From contig OZ038378.1 of the NCBI GenBank assembly GCA_964036045.1, positions 178,932,001-178,996,000 of the forward strand: a stretch of 64,000 bases of DNA, in the 5' to 3' direction. Below the pieces are notes generated by a model. That model had not been told where the DNA came from, did no database searches, and saw only the letters and a list, made by a program, of their open reading frames with translations. Every line of letters begins with the position of its first letter. Within the stretch, counting starts at the first letter, position 1. This document shows, piece after piece, positions 21,160-33,700 of the stretch. The translations under genes and the position numbers were made by a program. Source of the DNA: Eutreptiella sp. 'Long Island Sound 2002'. Its lineage: Eukaryota > Protista > Euglenida.

Positions 21160-24100
21160 ATGGGCCGGTACACGACCTGCAGTTTTTCACCCTGGGCAGC
21201 TCAAAAATCGAAGTCTTCGAAACTTGTTTTTATGATATTGTGACCACACAATATGACCATCCAAGGTATGTAAAGCATGTTTTCGGCCGTATTTACGTGT
21301 TTTTCATCCTATTTGGGTATTAGGTCCAAAGGGGGGGGTCTCCCAAGGGATGGGTACACAACCTGCTTATGCAGTTTTTCACCCTGGGCAGCTAAAAAAT
21401 CGAAGTTTTCGAAACTTTTTTTTTTGATATTGTGATCACCTAAAATGACCATCCAAGCTATGTAAAGCATGTTTTCGGCCGTATTTACGTGTTTTTCACC
21501 TTATTTGGGTATTAGATACCAGGGGGGGGGGGGGGTCTCCCAAGGGATGGGTACAAAACCTGCTTCTGCAGTTTTTCACCCTGGGCAGCTCAAAAATTCA
21601 AGTTTTCGAAACCTATTTTTATGATATTGTGATCACCTAAAATGACCATCCAAGCTATGTAAAGCATGTTTTAGGCCGTATTTACATGTTTTTCACCCTG
21701 GGCAGCTCAAAAATCGAAGTTTTCGAAACTTGTTTTTATGATCTGGTGACCACACGGTATGACCATCCAAGCTATGTAAAGCATGTTTTAGGCCGTATTT
21801 ATATGTTTTTCACACTATTTGGATATTGGGTCCGAGGGGGGGGGGGTCTCCCAAGGGATGGGTACAAAACCTGCTTATGCAGTTTTTCACCCTGGGCAGC
21901 TCAAAAATCCAAGTTTTCGAAACTTGTTTTTTTGATATTGTGACCACCTAAAATGACCATCCAAGCTATGTAAAGCATGTTTTAGGCCGTATTTACATGT
22001 TTTTCACCCTATTTGGATATTAGGTCCGGTGGGGGGGGGGGGTCTCCCAAGGGATTGGTGCACAACCTGCTTCTGCAGTTTTTCACCTGGGGCAGCTTAA
22101 AAATCCAAGTTTTTGAAACTCGTTTTTGTGATATTGTGATCACCTGAAATGACCATCCAAGCTATGTAAAGCATGTTGCAGTCCGTATTCACATGTGTTT
22201 CACCCTATTTGGGTATTAGGTCCAAGGGGGGGGGGGGGTACACAACCTGCTTATGTAGTTTTTCACCCTGGACAGCTCAAAGATCGAAGTTTTCGAAACT
22301 TGTTTTTATGATGTTGTGACCACACAATATGACCATCCAAGGTATGTAAAGCATGTTTTAGGCCGTATTCACATGTTTTTCACGCTATTTGGGTATTAGG
22401 TCCAAGGGGGGGTCTCCCAAGGGAATCGGACACAACCTGCTGATGTAGTTTTTCACCCTGGGCAGCTCAAAAATCGAAGTTTACGAAACTTATTTTTTTG
22501 ATACCATGATCACTTAAAATGACCATCCAAGCTATGTAAAGCATGTTTTAGGCCGTAGTTACGTGTTTTTCACCCTATTTGGGTATTGCTTGCGGGGTGG
22601 GGGGTGGGTGGGTCAAACGGGATTGGTACATAACCTGCTTATGCAGTTTTTCAGCCTATACAGCTCAAAAATCCAAGTGTTCGAAAGTTATTTTTTTTGA
22701 CATTGTTTTAGCCCGTATTTATGTAGTTTTTACCCTATTTTGTGTGTGTGTTGATTGGGGTAGATTCTCTGCGAGGTGGACTTGCTGAAGGCAATAGAAA
22801 TTTCAAAACTTGTTTTTATGATATGGTGACCACACAATATGACCATCCAAGCTATGTAAAGCATGTTTTAGGCCGTATTTACATGTTTTTCACCCTATTT
22901 GGGTATTAGGTCGGGGGGGGGGGGGTGTCTCCCAAGGGATGGGTACACAACCCGCTTGGGCAGTTTTTCACCCTAGGCAGCTCAAAAATCGAAGTTTTCG
23001 AAAATTATTTTTTTGATACCATGATCACCTAGAATGACCATCCAAGCTATGTAAAGCATGTTTTAGGCCGTATTTACATGTTTTTCACCCTATTTGGGTA
23101 TGAGCTTCAGGGGGGGGGGGGCTCCCATAGGATGGGTACACAACATGCTTCTGCAGTTTTTCACCGTGGGCAGCTCAGAAATCCAAGTTTACGAAACATA
23201 TTTTTTTGATACCGTGATCACTTAAAATGACCATCCAAGCTATGTAAAGCATGTTTTAGGCCGTATTTACATGTTTTTCACCCTATTCGGGTATGAGCTT
23301 CGGGGGGGGGGGGGTCTCCCAAGGGAATCGGACACAACCTGCTTCTGAAGTTTTTCACCTGGGGCAGCTCAAAAATCCAAGTTTTCGAAACTTATTTTTT
23401 TGATACCGTGATCACTTAAAATGACCATCCAAGCTATGTAAAGCATGTTTTAGGCCGTATTTACATGTTTTTCACCCTATTTGGGTATGAGCTTCAGGGG
23501 GGGGGGGGGGGCTCCCAAAGAATTGGTACACAACCTGCTGATGCAGTTTTTCACCTTGGGCAGCTCAAAAATCGAAGTTTTCGAAACTTATATTTTTGAT
23601 ACCGTTATCACTTAAAATGACCATCCAAGCTATGTAAAGCATGTTTTAGGCCGTATTTACATGTTTTTCACCCTATTTGGGTATGAGCTTCAGGGGGGGG
23701 GGGGGGGCTCCCAAAAGATTGGTACACAACCTGCTGATGCAGTTTTTCACCCGGGGCAGCTCAAAAATCGAAGTTTTCGATACTTATTTTTTTGATACCA
23801 TGATCACTTAAAATGACCATCCAAGCTATGCAAAGCATGTTGCAGGCCGTATTTACATGTTTTTCACCCTATTTGGATATTAGGTCCGGTGGGGGGGGGG
23901 GTCTCCCAAGGGATGGGTACACAACGTGCTCATGTAGTTTTCCACCCTGGGCGGCTGAAAAATCGAAGTTTTCGAAACTGCTTTTTTGATATTGTGACCA
24001 CCTAAAATGACCATCGTGACCACCTAAAATGACCATCCAAGCTATGTAAAGCATGTTTTAGGCCGTATTTACATGTTTTTCACACTATTTGGGTATTAGG

Positions 24101-24360
24101 TCGGGGGGGGGGGGGGGGGGGGGGCTCCCAAGGGATGGGTACACAACTTGCTTCGGCAGTTTTTCACCCTGGGCGGCTCAAAAATCTAACTTTTCGAAAC
24201 TTATTTTTTTGATACCGTCATCACCTAGAATGACCATCCAGGGTATGTAAAGCATGTTTTAGGCCGTACATATGTCGTTTTTGCCCTATTTTGTGTGTGT
24301 GTTGCTTGGAGTAGATTCTCTGCAAGGTGGACTTGCCGAAGGCAATGGAATTTCTTGAAC
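21160..24360. repeat. ~190-195-bp satellite, about 16 copies
   Basis: Repeated gaccatccaagctatgtaaagcatgttttaggccgtatttacatgtttttcaccctatttggg...(g)n tctcccaagggatgggtacacaacctgc...cagctcaaaaatcgaagttttcgaaac. Confidence 0.97.
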
Positions 24361-24585
24361 CCCTTTCTGCCCACGGGCTGTCACAGGCACAAAGGTGTGC
24401 ACCCCATCGAATGAAATCTTCGTGTCAGGAAGGTTTTCAGCAGTTTCAATGATTCACACCAAAAACCAAAGGACACAGCTCACCAATACTTGGCAAGAGG
24501 CCCACCACCGTGCTGTTGGGACATGCTCCCAAGATGATTCGTCGCGTAACATCCCCCATCCTAGGGATGCAGCCAAACTAACAAT

Positions 24586-24695
24586 CCCGCACCACACCAC
24601 ACCACACCACACCACGCCACCCAAGGCCACACCACACCACACCACACCATGCGACCCCCCCCCACACCACACCACGCCACACCACACCACACCCT
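24586..24695 (+). repeat. (CACCA)n microsatellite
   Basis: Seen directly; a similar tract lies at about 28935-29000. Confidence 0.85.
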
Positions 24696-26228
24696 GAGTA
24701 CTCCCCAACCCTACCCATGAGCTGCATGCTCCATGGGTGCAAAGCCCACACGACAGGGCCCAGGCACCGCCCTCGAGCGGTGTACTCATAGTGTCGGGTG
24801 TCCGCGCGCACCAGCGCAAAGCACTAGCCCTGGGATCCCGCGGCTCCCTAGCACTGGCCACATAGGGCTCAGCAACAGGTCATCGACCCCTCTAGGGACG
24901 CCGACCCCACCAACCTCCCCTTCCCCTTGCCACTCACAGCCCCCACACCCACATAGCCTTCTCCCCCCACCTCCCGCTGCCCCTTTAGCCCCCTCTCCCA
25001 TGCCCACCCTCCCTCCCTTTCAGCATGTGCAACCGCCGACAACGTGGAGGCCCCCGTGCGGGGCTTCGATGGCGGCATGGGGAAGCAAGTCTGAGAGAGG
25101 GTGGGAAGCAAAGGGGGCCAAGAACACAGGTCATGGGGAGAGCGAGGGGACCTGACATGTTGGGAGAGCAGGAGGCCCAGTAGGACTCCCCTCCCCCATG
25201 TAGGGGACCAGAGGGTGTTGTGGCCCTCTTGACGTACGGGGGATGAGCAAAAAAACCCCACAAGCCCTGTCTATGGGAACAGAGGAGCGGCCCACAAATG
25301 TGTGGAGGGGCGCCGCTCCCCTGTGTGTCAAAGCCCAGCTAACCCCAACCAGAATTGCGAGCAGGGGAGTGGTCCACGGATGAGTGGAAGGGCACCGCTC
25401 CCCCGTGTGACATGCAGCTGCCACGCTATGCCGGGATTGTGAACAGGGGAGCGGTCCACGAACGAGTGGGTGGGTGCCGCTCCCCTATGGCCTTGTACCT
25501 TTGCACCTCCGCTCGCTGTTGGCGAGCGCCCGTCCATGGGGACACCCCCACCCCGGTATGGATATCCACCAAATTTGAGGTATGTAGGTATAAGGCCATT
25601 AACCCCGGCCACCACCCCCAGCCTCTACAACCGGGAAGAGGATGTGGGCCGAGCAACAGCCCCGGACCCCCTTGAAGGAGTCCCTCCCGGTCCGGCCACC
25701 ATTGATGGGCCTCTTCATGGGGTAAAAGCACCAACCAACCATCACCCAAATGCAATAATTAACACCACCCACCCGCCTCTTCATTTACCACCTCAACAAT
25801 GGGAAGCCCCGGGGCCGAGACCGAAGAACCTCGGTGAAGGTCAGACGGCTAAGCCTGCACACGTTTCCGGTGTCCATGCGGGACACACCGACAGAGCTTG
25901 CTCCGGGGCCCTGGGACACCCTGGCTACCCATGCCTAGGAATGACCACTGCCGGCCACCACCCATGGCACTCCTACCTAGGATTGTGTATAAAGTCTGAT
26001 GTCTGGTGTCTAATGCGGCATGTTGTGTTTGCAGTGTATACAACAAGATGTGTGATATGTCTGATGTAGGTATGATGCTTGGAGGAGGGGGGGGGTTGGT
26101 GTCAAAATGGGTGTGCAAAAAGTTGATGCCCCCCCCCAAGGAAAAAATTAAAAAAATCAAGGGGTTGGGAAAGATCAAGCCAACATGGAAAAGCTGGAAA
26201 AAACTAAACGGCGAGAATCCGGAGAAAG

Positions 26229-26830
26229 GCCCCATAGGTCCCCATACGTCCCCATAGGTCCTTGTATGTCCCCAAAAGTCCCCAAAACTCCCCATGGACC
26301 TATGGGATCCTTTGGTGACCTATAAAGTTTGTGGGGACCTATGGGGGCCTATGGAGACCTGTGGGGACCTAGGGGGGCTATGGGGAGGTATGGGGACCCT
26401 ATGGGTGCCCATGGTGACCTATGGGGACCTATGGGACCTTTGGGCACCTATGGGGACCTTTGGGGCCCTATGGGGACCCTTGTGGACCTCTAGGGACCTT
26501 TGGGGACCTATCCCCTTAGGCCCCCATAGGTCCCCATGGGTCCCCACCAGTCCCCATAGGCCCCCATAGGTCCCCATAGGTGCCAATGGGTCCCCAAAGG
26601 TCCCCATAGGTGCCAATGGGTCCCCATTGGTGCCCAAAGGTCCCCATAGGTCCCATAGGTCCCCCATCGGTCCCCAAAGGCCCCCATAGCTGCCAATGGA
26701 TCCCCAAAGATCCCCGTAGGTGCCAATAGGTCCCCATAGGCCCGCCCGCATAGGTGCCCACAGGTCCCCATAGGTCCCCAAAGGCCCCCACAGGTGCCCA
26801 TAGGTTCCCATAGGTCCCCATAGGTCCCCA
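26229..26830. repeat. 10-bp minisatellite (ATGGGGACCT / AGGTCCCCAT) in alternating inverted blocks
   Basis: 26229-26291 reads cccatagg, 26292-26512 reads atggggacct, and 26520-26830 reads ataggtcccc. Confidence 0.93.
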
Positions 26831-26844
26831 TACATCCCTTGCTG

Positions 26845-27400
26845 CGGCCCCGAAACGTGCGCCCATTGGCTGGACGGCCCATCCCGTCCCTCTAGCCTGT
26901 GAAGTTGTGCCTTTTGGGGGCTACCATCCCCCGCCGGTGCGCCGAAACGTGCGCCCATTGGCTGGATAGGCGATCCCGTCTCTCCAGCCCGTGACCCCGC
27001 ACTTTTGGGGGGCTACCACCCCCCGCTGGTGCCCCAAAACATGCACCCATCGGCTGGAGAGGGCATCCCGTCCCTCTAGCCCATGACCCAGCGCTTTTGG
27101 GGGGCTACCGTCCCCCAGCGGCCCCCCAAAACGTGCGCCCAGTGGCCGGACAGGCCATCCCGTCCCTCCAACCCGTGATCCCGCGCCTTTTGGGGGCTAC
27201 CATCCCCTGCAGGAGCCCCGTGCGACCACCGGCATAGCAGGACACTCCGTCCCCCCGGCCCATGACCCCGCGCCTTTTGGGGGCCACTACACCCCGCTGG
27301 CGTCCCTCAGGCTGCAACCGCTGGCTCGGCGGGACGCTCCGTCCCTCCCGCCCGTGGTCCCGGGCCTTTTGGGGGCTACGGCCCCGTGCTCCCCTACACA
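26845..27400. repeat. ~85-bp degenerate tandem repeat, about 6 copies
   Basis: ccccaaaacgtgcgcccattggctgga...catcccgtccctctagcc..tgaccccgcgcttttgggggctacc recurs. Confidence 0.8.
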
Positions 27401-28720
27401 AACAGAGTCCCACTACCCACTGCTCCCCAGCACTGTGGTGGTGTTCTGCATGAGTCCCATTACCTGCTGCTCCCCAATAGTGTGGCAGTGTACCGAAGGA
27501 GTCCCGCTACCCAGTGCTCCCGCGGCAGTGTGGCATTGTACTGAAGGAGTTCCACTGCCCACTACCCCCCGCAGTGTGGTCGTGCAAAGGAGGAGTCCCA
27601 CTACCCACTGCTTCCTAGCAGTGTGGCGGTGCACGGAAGGACACCCACTGCCGGCCGCACCCTAGTGTTGTGGCAGTGCACTAAAGGAGTCCCACTGCCC
27701 ATTGCTCCCCACCAGTGTGGCAGTGCATAGGATGAGTCCCGCTGCCCCATCACTCCCTAGCAGTGCGACAGTGTACCGAAGGAGTCCCACTGCACACTGC
27801 TCCCCAGGGGTGGGGTGCTGCACTGAGGGAGTCCCATTGCCCACTGCTCCCCGGCGATGAGGCATTGTACAGCGGGAGTCCCACTGCCCACTGCTTCCCC
27901 GCAACTTGGCAGCGTACAAAAGAAGTCCCGCTACCTGCGACTTCCCGGCACTGTGGCAGCTCGCTGAAGGAGTCCCGCTGCCCACTGCCCAGCAGTGCGA
28001 TAGTGTACTGAAGGAGCCCGCAGCCCACTGCTCCCCAATTGTGTGGTGGTGCACTGAAGGAGTCCCACTGCCCACTGCTCCCCAAGAGTGTGGTAATAAA
28101 CCGAAGGAGTCCCACTGCCCGCTGCTCCCAAGCACCGTGGCGGTGCATTGAAGGTCTCCCACTGCCCATTGCTCCTTAGCAGTGTGCCGGTGCACTGAAG
28201 GAGCACTGCAGGACTCCCGTTGCCTGCTGCTCCCCAACAGTGGGGCAGTGCACTGAAGGAATCCCACTACAGGCTTCTCCTCAGCAGTGTGGCAGTGCAC
28301 TGAAGGACTCCCACAACCCGCCGCACCTGAGCAAGTGCGACCAAAGGGGTCCCACTGCCTGCTGCTCCCCAACTGTGTGGCGGTGCACTGAGGGAGCCCC
28401 AGTACCAACTTGCTCCCAGCACTGTGGCAGTGCGCCGAAGAAGTCCCACGGCCCCACTGCCCCACTGCTCCTCAGCAATGAGGCAGTGTACAGCGGAGTC
28501 CCAATACCCACTGCGAGCCAGCAATGAGGCAGTGTATAGCAGGAGTCCCACTGCCCACTACCCCCAGGCAGTGCAGCAGTGTACTGCAAGAGTTCCATCG
28601 CCATGCCCCAAGGCAGTGCGGCAGTGTACCGCAGGAGTTCCACTGCCCACAGCCCCTGGGCAGTGCGGCAGTGTACCGCAGGAGTACCACTGCCCACTGC
28701 CCCAAGGCAGTGTGGCATTG
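27400..28720. repeat. ~41-bp minisatellite, about 30 copies
   Basis: Unit: ggagtcccactgcccactgctccccagcagtgtggcagtgcactga. Confidence 0.95.
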
Positions 28721-30779
28721 CACCAAAACTCGAGTAGCACCATCAGGCAGAGGGGCAGGGTGTCCCCAGGGCCCTGGACAGCAACCATCCGGCACCAGAG
28801 AGAGGGGCGGCCCTCTGCCACAGGTGCAAAACACACTACACACAGCATGCGGGTCGACACACAGCCCTCCCGGCTTGCATTTTTCCGCGTGCAAGACCAT
28901 CTCGGCCATTGCCTTTTGGCAACGCCGCCTTGGACACACCACACCACACCACACCAAACAACACAACACAACACAACAAAACACACTACACCACACCACA
29001 TTTTGCGCTACCTCTTGTTCTCGCAGGACTGCCGCACACTCTCCAACTCAACAGGCCCAGGAAGCAGGACAAGGATTGAAATGGAACGCAGGTCACAGAC
29101 TTTGTACAGCTTCAGGTATTTTGACCATCAAATGCAATGTTGATGACTGCCCTGGTGCTGAGGTTGTGCGCTGGTGCTGTGCTCATGGTGAACGCGGGTT
29201 AGGGTGCAAAAGAAATGGGAAATGTAAGAGGAAAATCGTGAGAGGATGGCCACGAATGCTGGTCACCTGGGCCAAATTCGTGAAACATGCCGGAGTGTAT
29301 CATGCCAAAACCCTTCAGATATGGAAATCACTTGATCACTTGCGTCCAATGTATAGTTGAAGGCGGCAGGCATCGGGTGTAGTGTCTATGCACATTGTTG
29401 TGGGACCATTGGCTACCCTCCTCGTTCTTGGCATGCTGCTTTCCGCCCTCTCTGGGTGCCGTTGGCTGGGCTCCGGAACGGTGTTGGTTTGGCTACACTA
29501 TTGAACACTGGTTAGGCACCGGACACATGAGGCTTGCCTTGGCTACACAGAGCCCTGAGGGTTTTTTCTGGGGTGCCGAAACTGTGGGTGGACCCCACGC
29601 GGGTGACCATGCCTTGAGCCAAATCACGCCATGCCTTTTGGTCATGTGGGACCAGCTTTTGTTGACTGGAGTCATGTTGGCAGGGAGAGAGGGGGTGCCT
29701 TAAAGGCTGGGTGAGTATGCTACTGTTTAATCAGTCATTGCCGAAATGATTCTTTGTGTAGACGCTGAATTTTCTGATGTGCGTCGATGACTTAGGCAAT
29801 CACGAGGAGTTGGAAAAAGTAAAGTGTCTGCTGAAAGATAAACCTGGGGTCAACCAAGGTGAACCTTGGTAAGTGGGTTTGGTCTGAAGAGAATCAATGG
29901 CCCAGTTGGGATGACCTCCTGAGGGGGAATCTTCCTGGCGTGGACAGGTGGGTGTGTTGTCCACCCACTGGGTTGGGGGTGAAGGGGGCAGGTTCAAAGA
30001 TTGCGAGAAGTGCCACCGTCACAATTCCATTGTGACCACCGTTCCATCACTTTGTTCTTCGCTCTGCACGTGGGATCCGGGTCTTCACATCCGTGTGTGG
30101 ATGTGAGTGGGCGTGCCCCCCCCACCCCCCCCGGCCCCGACTGCCCGGGTGCATTATTTTAAAGACACCGGGGGTCTTCTGGATAGCAGAAGATGGCTGG
30201 GGTCTAAGAGACCTGGTCCAGAAAACAACCCCCCCCCCTCCCTCACCCTCCGCTTCCCCCACCTCCTCCATAACACAGTACAGACACCAAGATAACAGGA
30301 CAGATGGTAGATGAAACAGGCCCCGTGGATAGCACCATTACCCCGTGGCGAAAGGCGAGACCAATAGACAGAAATAAGCATAACCCGGACGCCACGCAGT
30401 AATACAGGGGATGGTGTAACTCCACTATGTCCATGGTCGAAGCCGGGGTAGTATTCCCAACCCCAAGTAAGAATGCAAATATACGTTAATTAAACTTTCG
30501 TATTGTTCTGTGAAACTATCTCGCATTGCACAGGCATGCGCAATTGAAGCATATCTAATTCAAGGAAACTGATCCAACAAGCAGGAAAGAAAAGAAGATA
30601 TACTCAGCCACTAGAGAATGCGCATCAGAAAGGACCCACGAGATTGAAGATGTACGAGCAATGGATCTAACCTGGGTGTATGATCTATCGATAACAAGGG
30701 GAAAAAACAAGAGAACAGCAACAATGCACAATGAACCATATCTGTGAGAAATTTTCTAGACGTGGCAGCGCAGTGCATT

Positions 30780-33700
30780 TGATCAATCTGCAGCTTGGAC
30801 ATCGCAAAGTGCTGTGATGTCATGAGAGTTCTTTGTGCTAGATAGAAGTCCGAGTATGGTTCAATAGAAGCAGATAGGTTGAGATTTCCAGATGGAGCAG
30901 AAAGCAAATTGATTTGGTCGCGAACCAGAGGTTGTGCGTTGTCTGGTATCATTAGAGTGTATGTGGGTGCAGTAATCCAGGAGATCAAGCTTTTCCCATT
31001 GATGCGGTCCAAGTCATCGGCAGCGTACATGAGCAGAACTAAATTCATGATTAATTCTCTCGCGTTCTCTGACGTGATGAGAGGAACGTGTCCTTTCGCC
31101 TTGTGTAACGTGCGTAGGTGTGGTAATGCCATGTGGTCCGATACCCATGCCAAGACATGTAGACTCACCTGGTGGTGATCCTCTGCTGTCAAGGTCGATG
31201 ACGTTTTTGCACGAAGCAGTTTGGGCAAAGCAGCAATGTGTTCCAATACTTGTTTATGTCCTTGTTTTTGCCATTCTTGCCATGCTCTTCGTTGTTGCTG
31301 TGGAAGATATTCTTTGATCGGTTCAAAGAGATGATCTCTCATTGCACTTGATGTGACTTTGCTCATGTCTCCTTCTGGTGGTTTTAAAAGTTTGAGAAGA
31401 AGCATCGTAACGTCCCGGTTTGATATTGCTCGATACGCAGGGTCCCATTGATGCACGAGTCGCTGAATATCCACTGGCTGTTGTTGCACATAGTACAGTA
31501 AAGCGGGTGATCTCACCACTGCCAATGGAATATGGTCCAAAGTGATCTTCTCTGAGTTGGTCTGGATGTCAGCAGAAGCCGTGAGAAGCAACCCATATGG
31601 AGAGAGAATCTTCAATATGCCCGCGATGTGCACAAATTTCCCTTTTGCAGTGAGCCAGCGCAGTGCGTCGCACACATGTTTTGCCGATTTTCCAAAAGCT
31701 GCAGGTATTGCCATCTTACCTTCTGTGATGACTGATGGAGGTAGCTCATTTTGGAGTTGTGCAAAAAGTTCCACATGTTGCGGCTCTTCAGAGGCTTGAA
31801 GCGAAGTGAGGAAATCGGTAGCAAACAAATTTTCTGCCATGAGCTGCAAAGCGAAAGTCCAAGAAATCTTTCTGGTCCAAAACAAGCAAATGCCCGGAAA
31901 GCTGGGCCAGGACTCAATTGGTAATGCTTACCTGCAAGGTTGCCCAGAAACTGGGCCAGCACTCGATTGATGATACTTATCAGCAACATTGCCCGGAAAC
32001 TGGGCAAATGCAGTACCTCAATATGTGGACAAACACCTTCCTTCCTACATCACCCCCATCCCTACTCATCACAAGCATTATTTCGATATGTTGCCACTTT
32101 TGGCAGCCTTTTTGGCTATCACTGGCAAAATCAAAGACATGACTCCGATTCTCTCCGCTTTGGATAAGAAGGAACCACGAGTTGACACGAGCATCAATTT
32201 GTTGAACTTTTTGCCAGAATCCCCGCCAAAACCCAGACAACCATAGGATCCAGTGCAAGTTAAAGGAGATACCGCATTACAAGCTACTCCTCACCTGACC
32301 TCACAGGCAGGCACTTCGGCATCGATAGATGTCATGCAGAAAATTCTGGTACGGATCAACAACCAGCCAGCAGAGCATATGGTACAGCAGGCTAGAAATA
32401 TGCACGTGCATTTATACACCCATGGGATAAGGATCTCAGGGCTACCGCATTTAGACTTGAAGCATGCTCAATGGAGCAAATTGGAATCGGTTGAAAAAAC
32501 TGAAAACATGAAAAAGGTGCTTCAACAGTTTTTGGAAAACCCCCCAACAGTGAAGCAAGACGCACATCGTTCCGATCAAACAGACACAGCGCAGTCAACC
32601 ACCACCACGCCAATTCCTACCAGAAGCATCGTACCAGACCCCTCGATTCCGTTCCGATTCGTTTCCGATAAGTATACTTGTAGGCTGGCAAGCATACAAT
32701 GACCCACCCAATACACCAATTACCGCCCGAATTCTGCGTCCCGTATTTGGGAAACATTTATGTTCAATAGGTGATGACGCCGTGAAAGCACTGAAGTCAT
32801 TTACCTTTTTGGGGGTGGCAGAAGAGGGGAAGAAACTCACAGAAGTGCCAGGGTCTACAAACCTCTCAGGCTGGAGAGTAAATTGGAAAAAGGCAAACAA
32901 ACAACTGAGGACGCCATGGGTCCCTGGGCTCACATACAGAAGTCCAGCGCCAGCAGTGGAAACAGTGAGAGAGAGCACCAGCCATGGGTCCCTGGGCTCA
33001 CATACAGAAGTCGGTAATACTGTTGGACGTTCATTTTGAACCCAACCAACGAGCCATTGTGGCCCGTGCAAAGATTAACAAAAACAAAGTACAATTTGTA
33101 AATGTTTGTTTGAAAGCAGGTGGAGAGCCTCACGAACTCTGTTGTACTCTGGCATGGACAGAACCCTTTCTGTTGGATGAGGATTTTTACGCTATCTTTG
33201 GTGGATATTTTCAAACAAATCCGGGGTGGGACAGCTTGTGCCCCACAGCATCGCCAGCAACCAGTGCTGCCATTTTGGACACATTTGAAGGTACATCGTT
33301 ACATTTCGTGCAAAAAGAAGTGGACACACCCACGTGGACCTCGCCCCAAGGCTTCTATGGAGCTCATGGTCACTTTTTGACGACGCGAGATGACCATCAT
33401 ACCTCCGTGGTACAGGTCATTTCCACTTCATCATTCCCATCCGATCATACACCGATCATATTGTACACTTCAAGCGTACAGCCGTTGGATCCTCTGAAAA
33501 CTCTGGACCACCCCGGTCGTATCATCATCCCCCCCCCCCAATTCACTCACTCCATAGAAGCACGCTATCAAGCAGCGTTTGAAGAGCACTTTCATGCTGT
33601 GGAACAACAACCCCTGGAATACACATATCAGCATTTCTCACATGCAGTCATACAGGCAGCAGAAACAATTTTTGGTACACCCACTCCGCATGTACCGTTA

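Noticed and set aside
21160-28720. Regularly spaced repeats as a possible CRISPR array
   Set aside because: There are no unique spacers and no cas genes; the whole units are repeated, and the context is eukaryotic.
26294-29143. Many long ORFs (GTYGDLWG..., HCPLLPSS...)
   Set aside because: They are translations of stop-poor minisatellites in several frames at once.
30450-30780. Plus-strand fragments faintly like LINE RNase H or knuckle (ACAIEAYL, SIDNKGKK, NHICEK)
   Set aside because: The matches are short, spread over frames with stops, and cannot be told from chance without an alignment. If real, they would complicate the twin-priming model.
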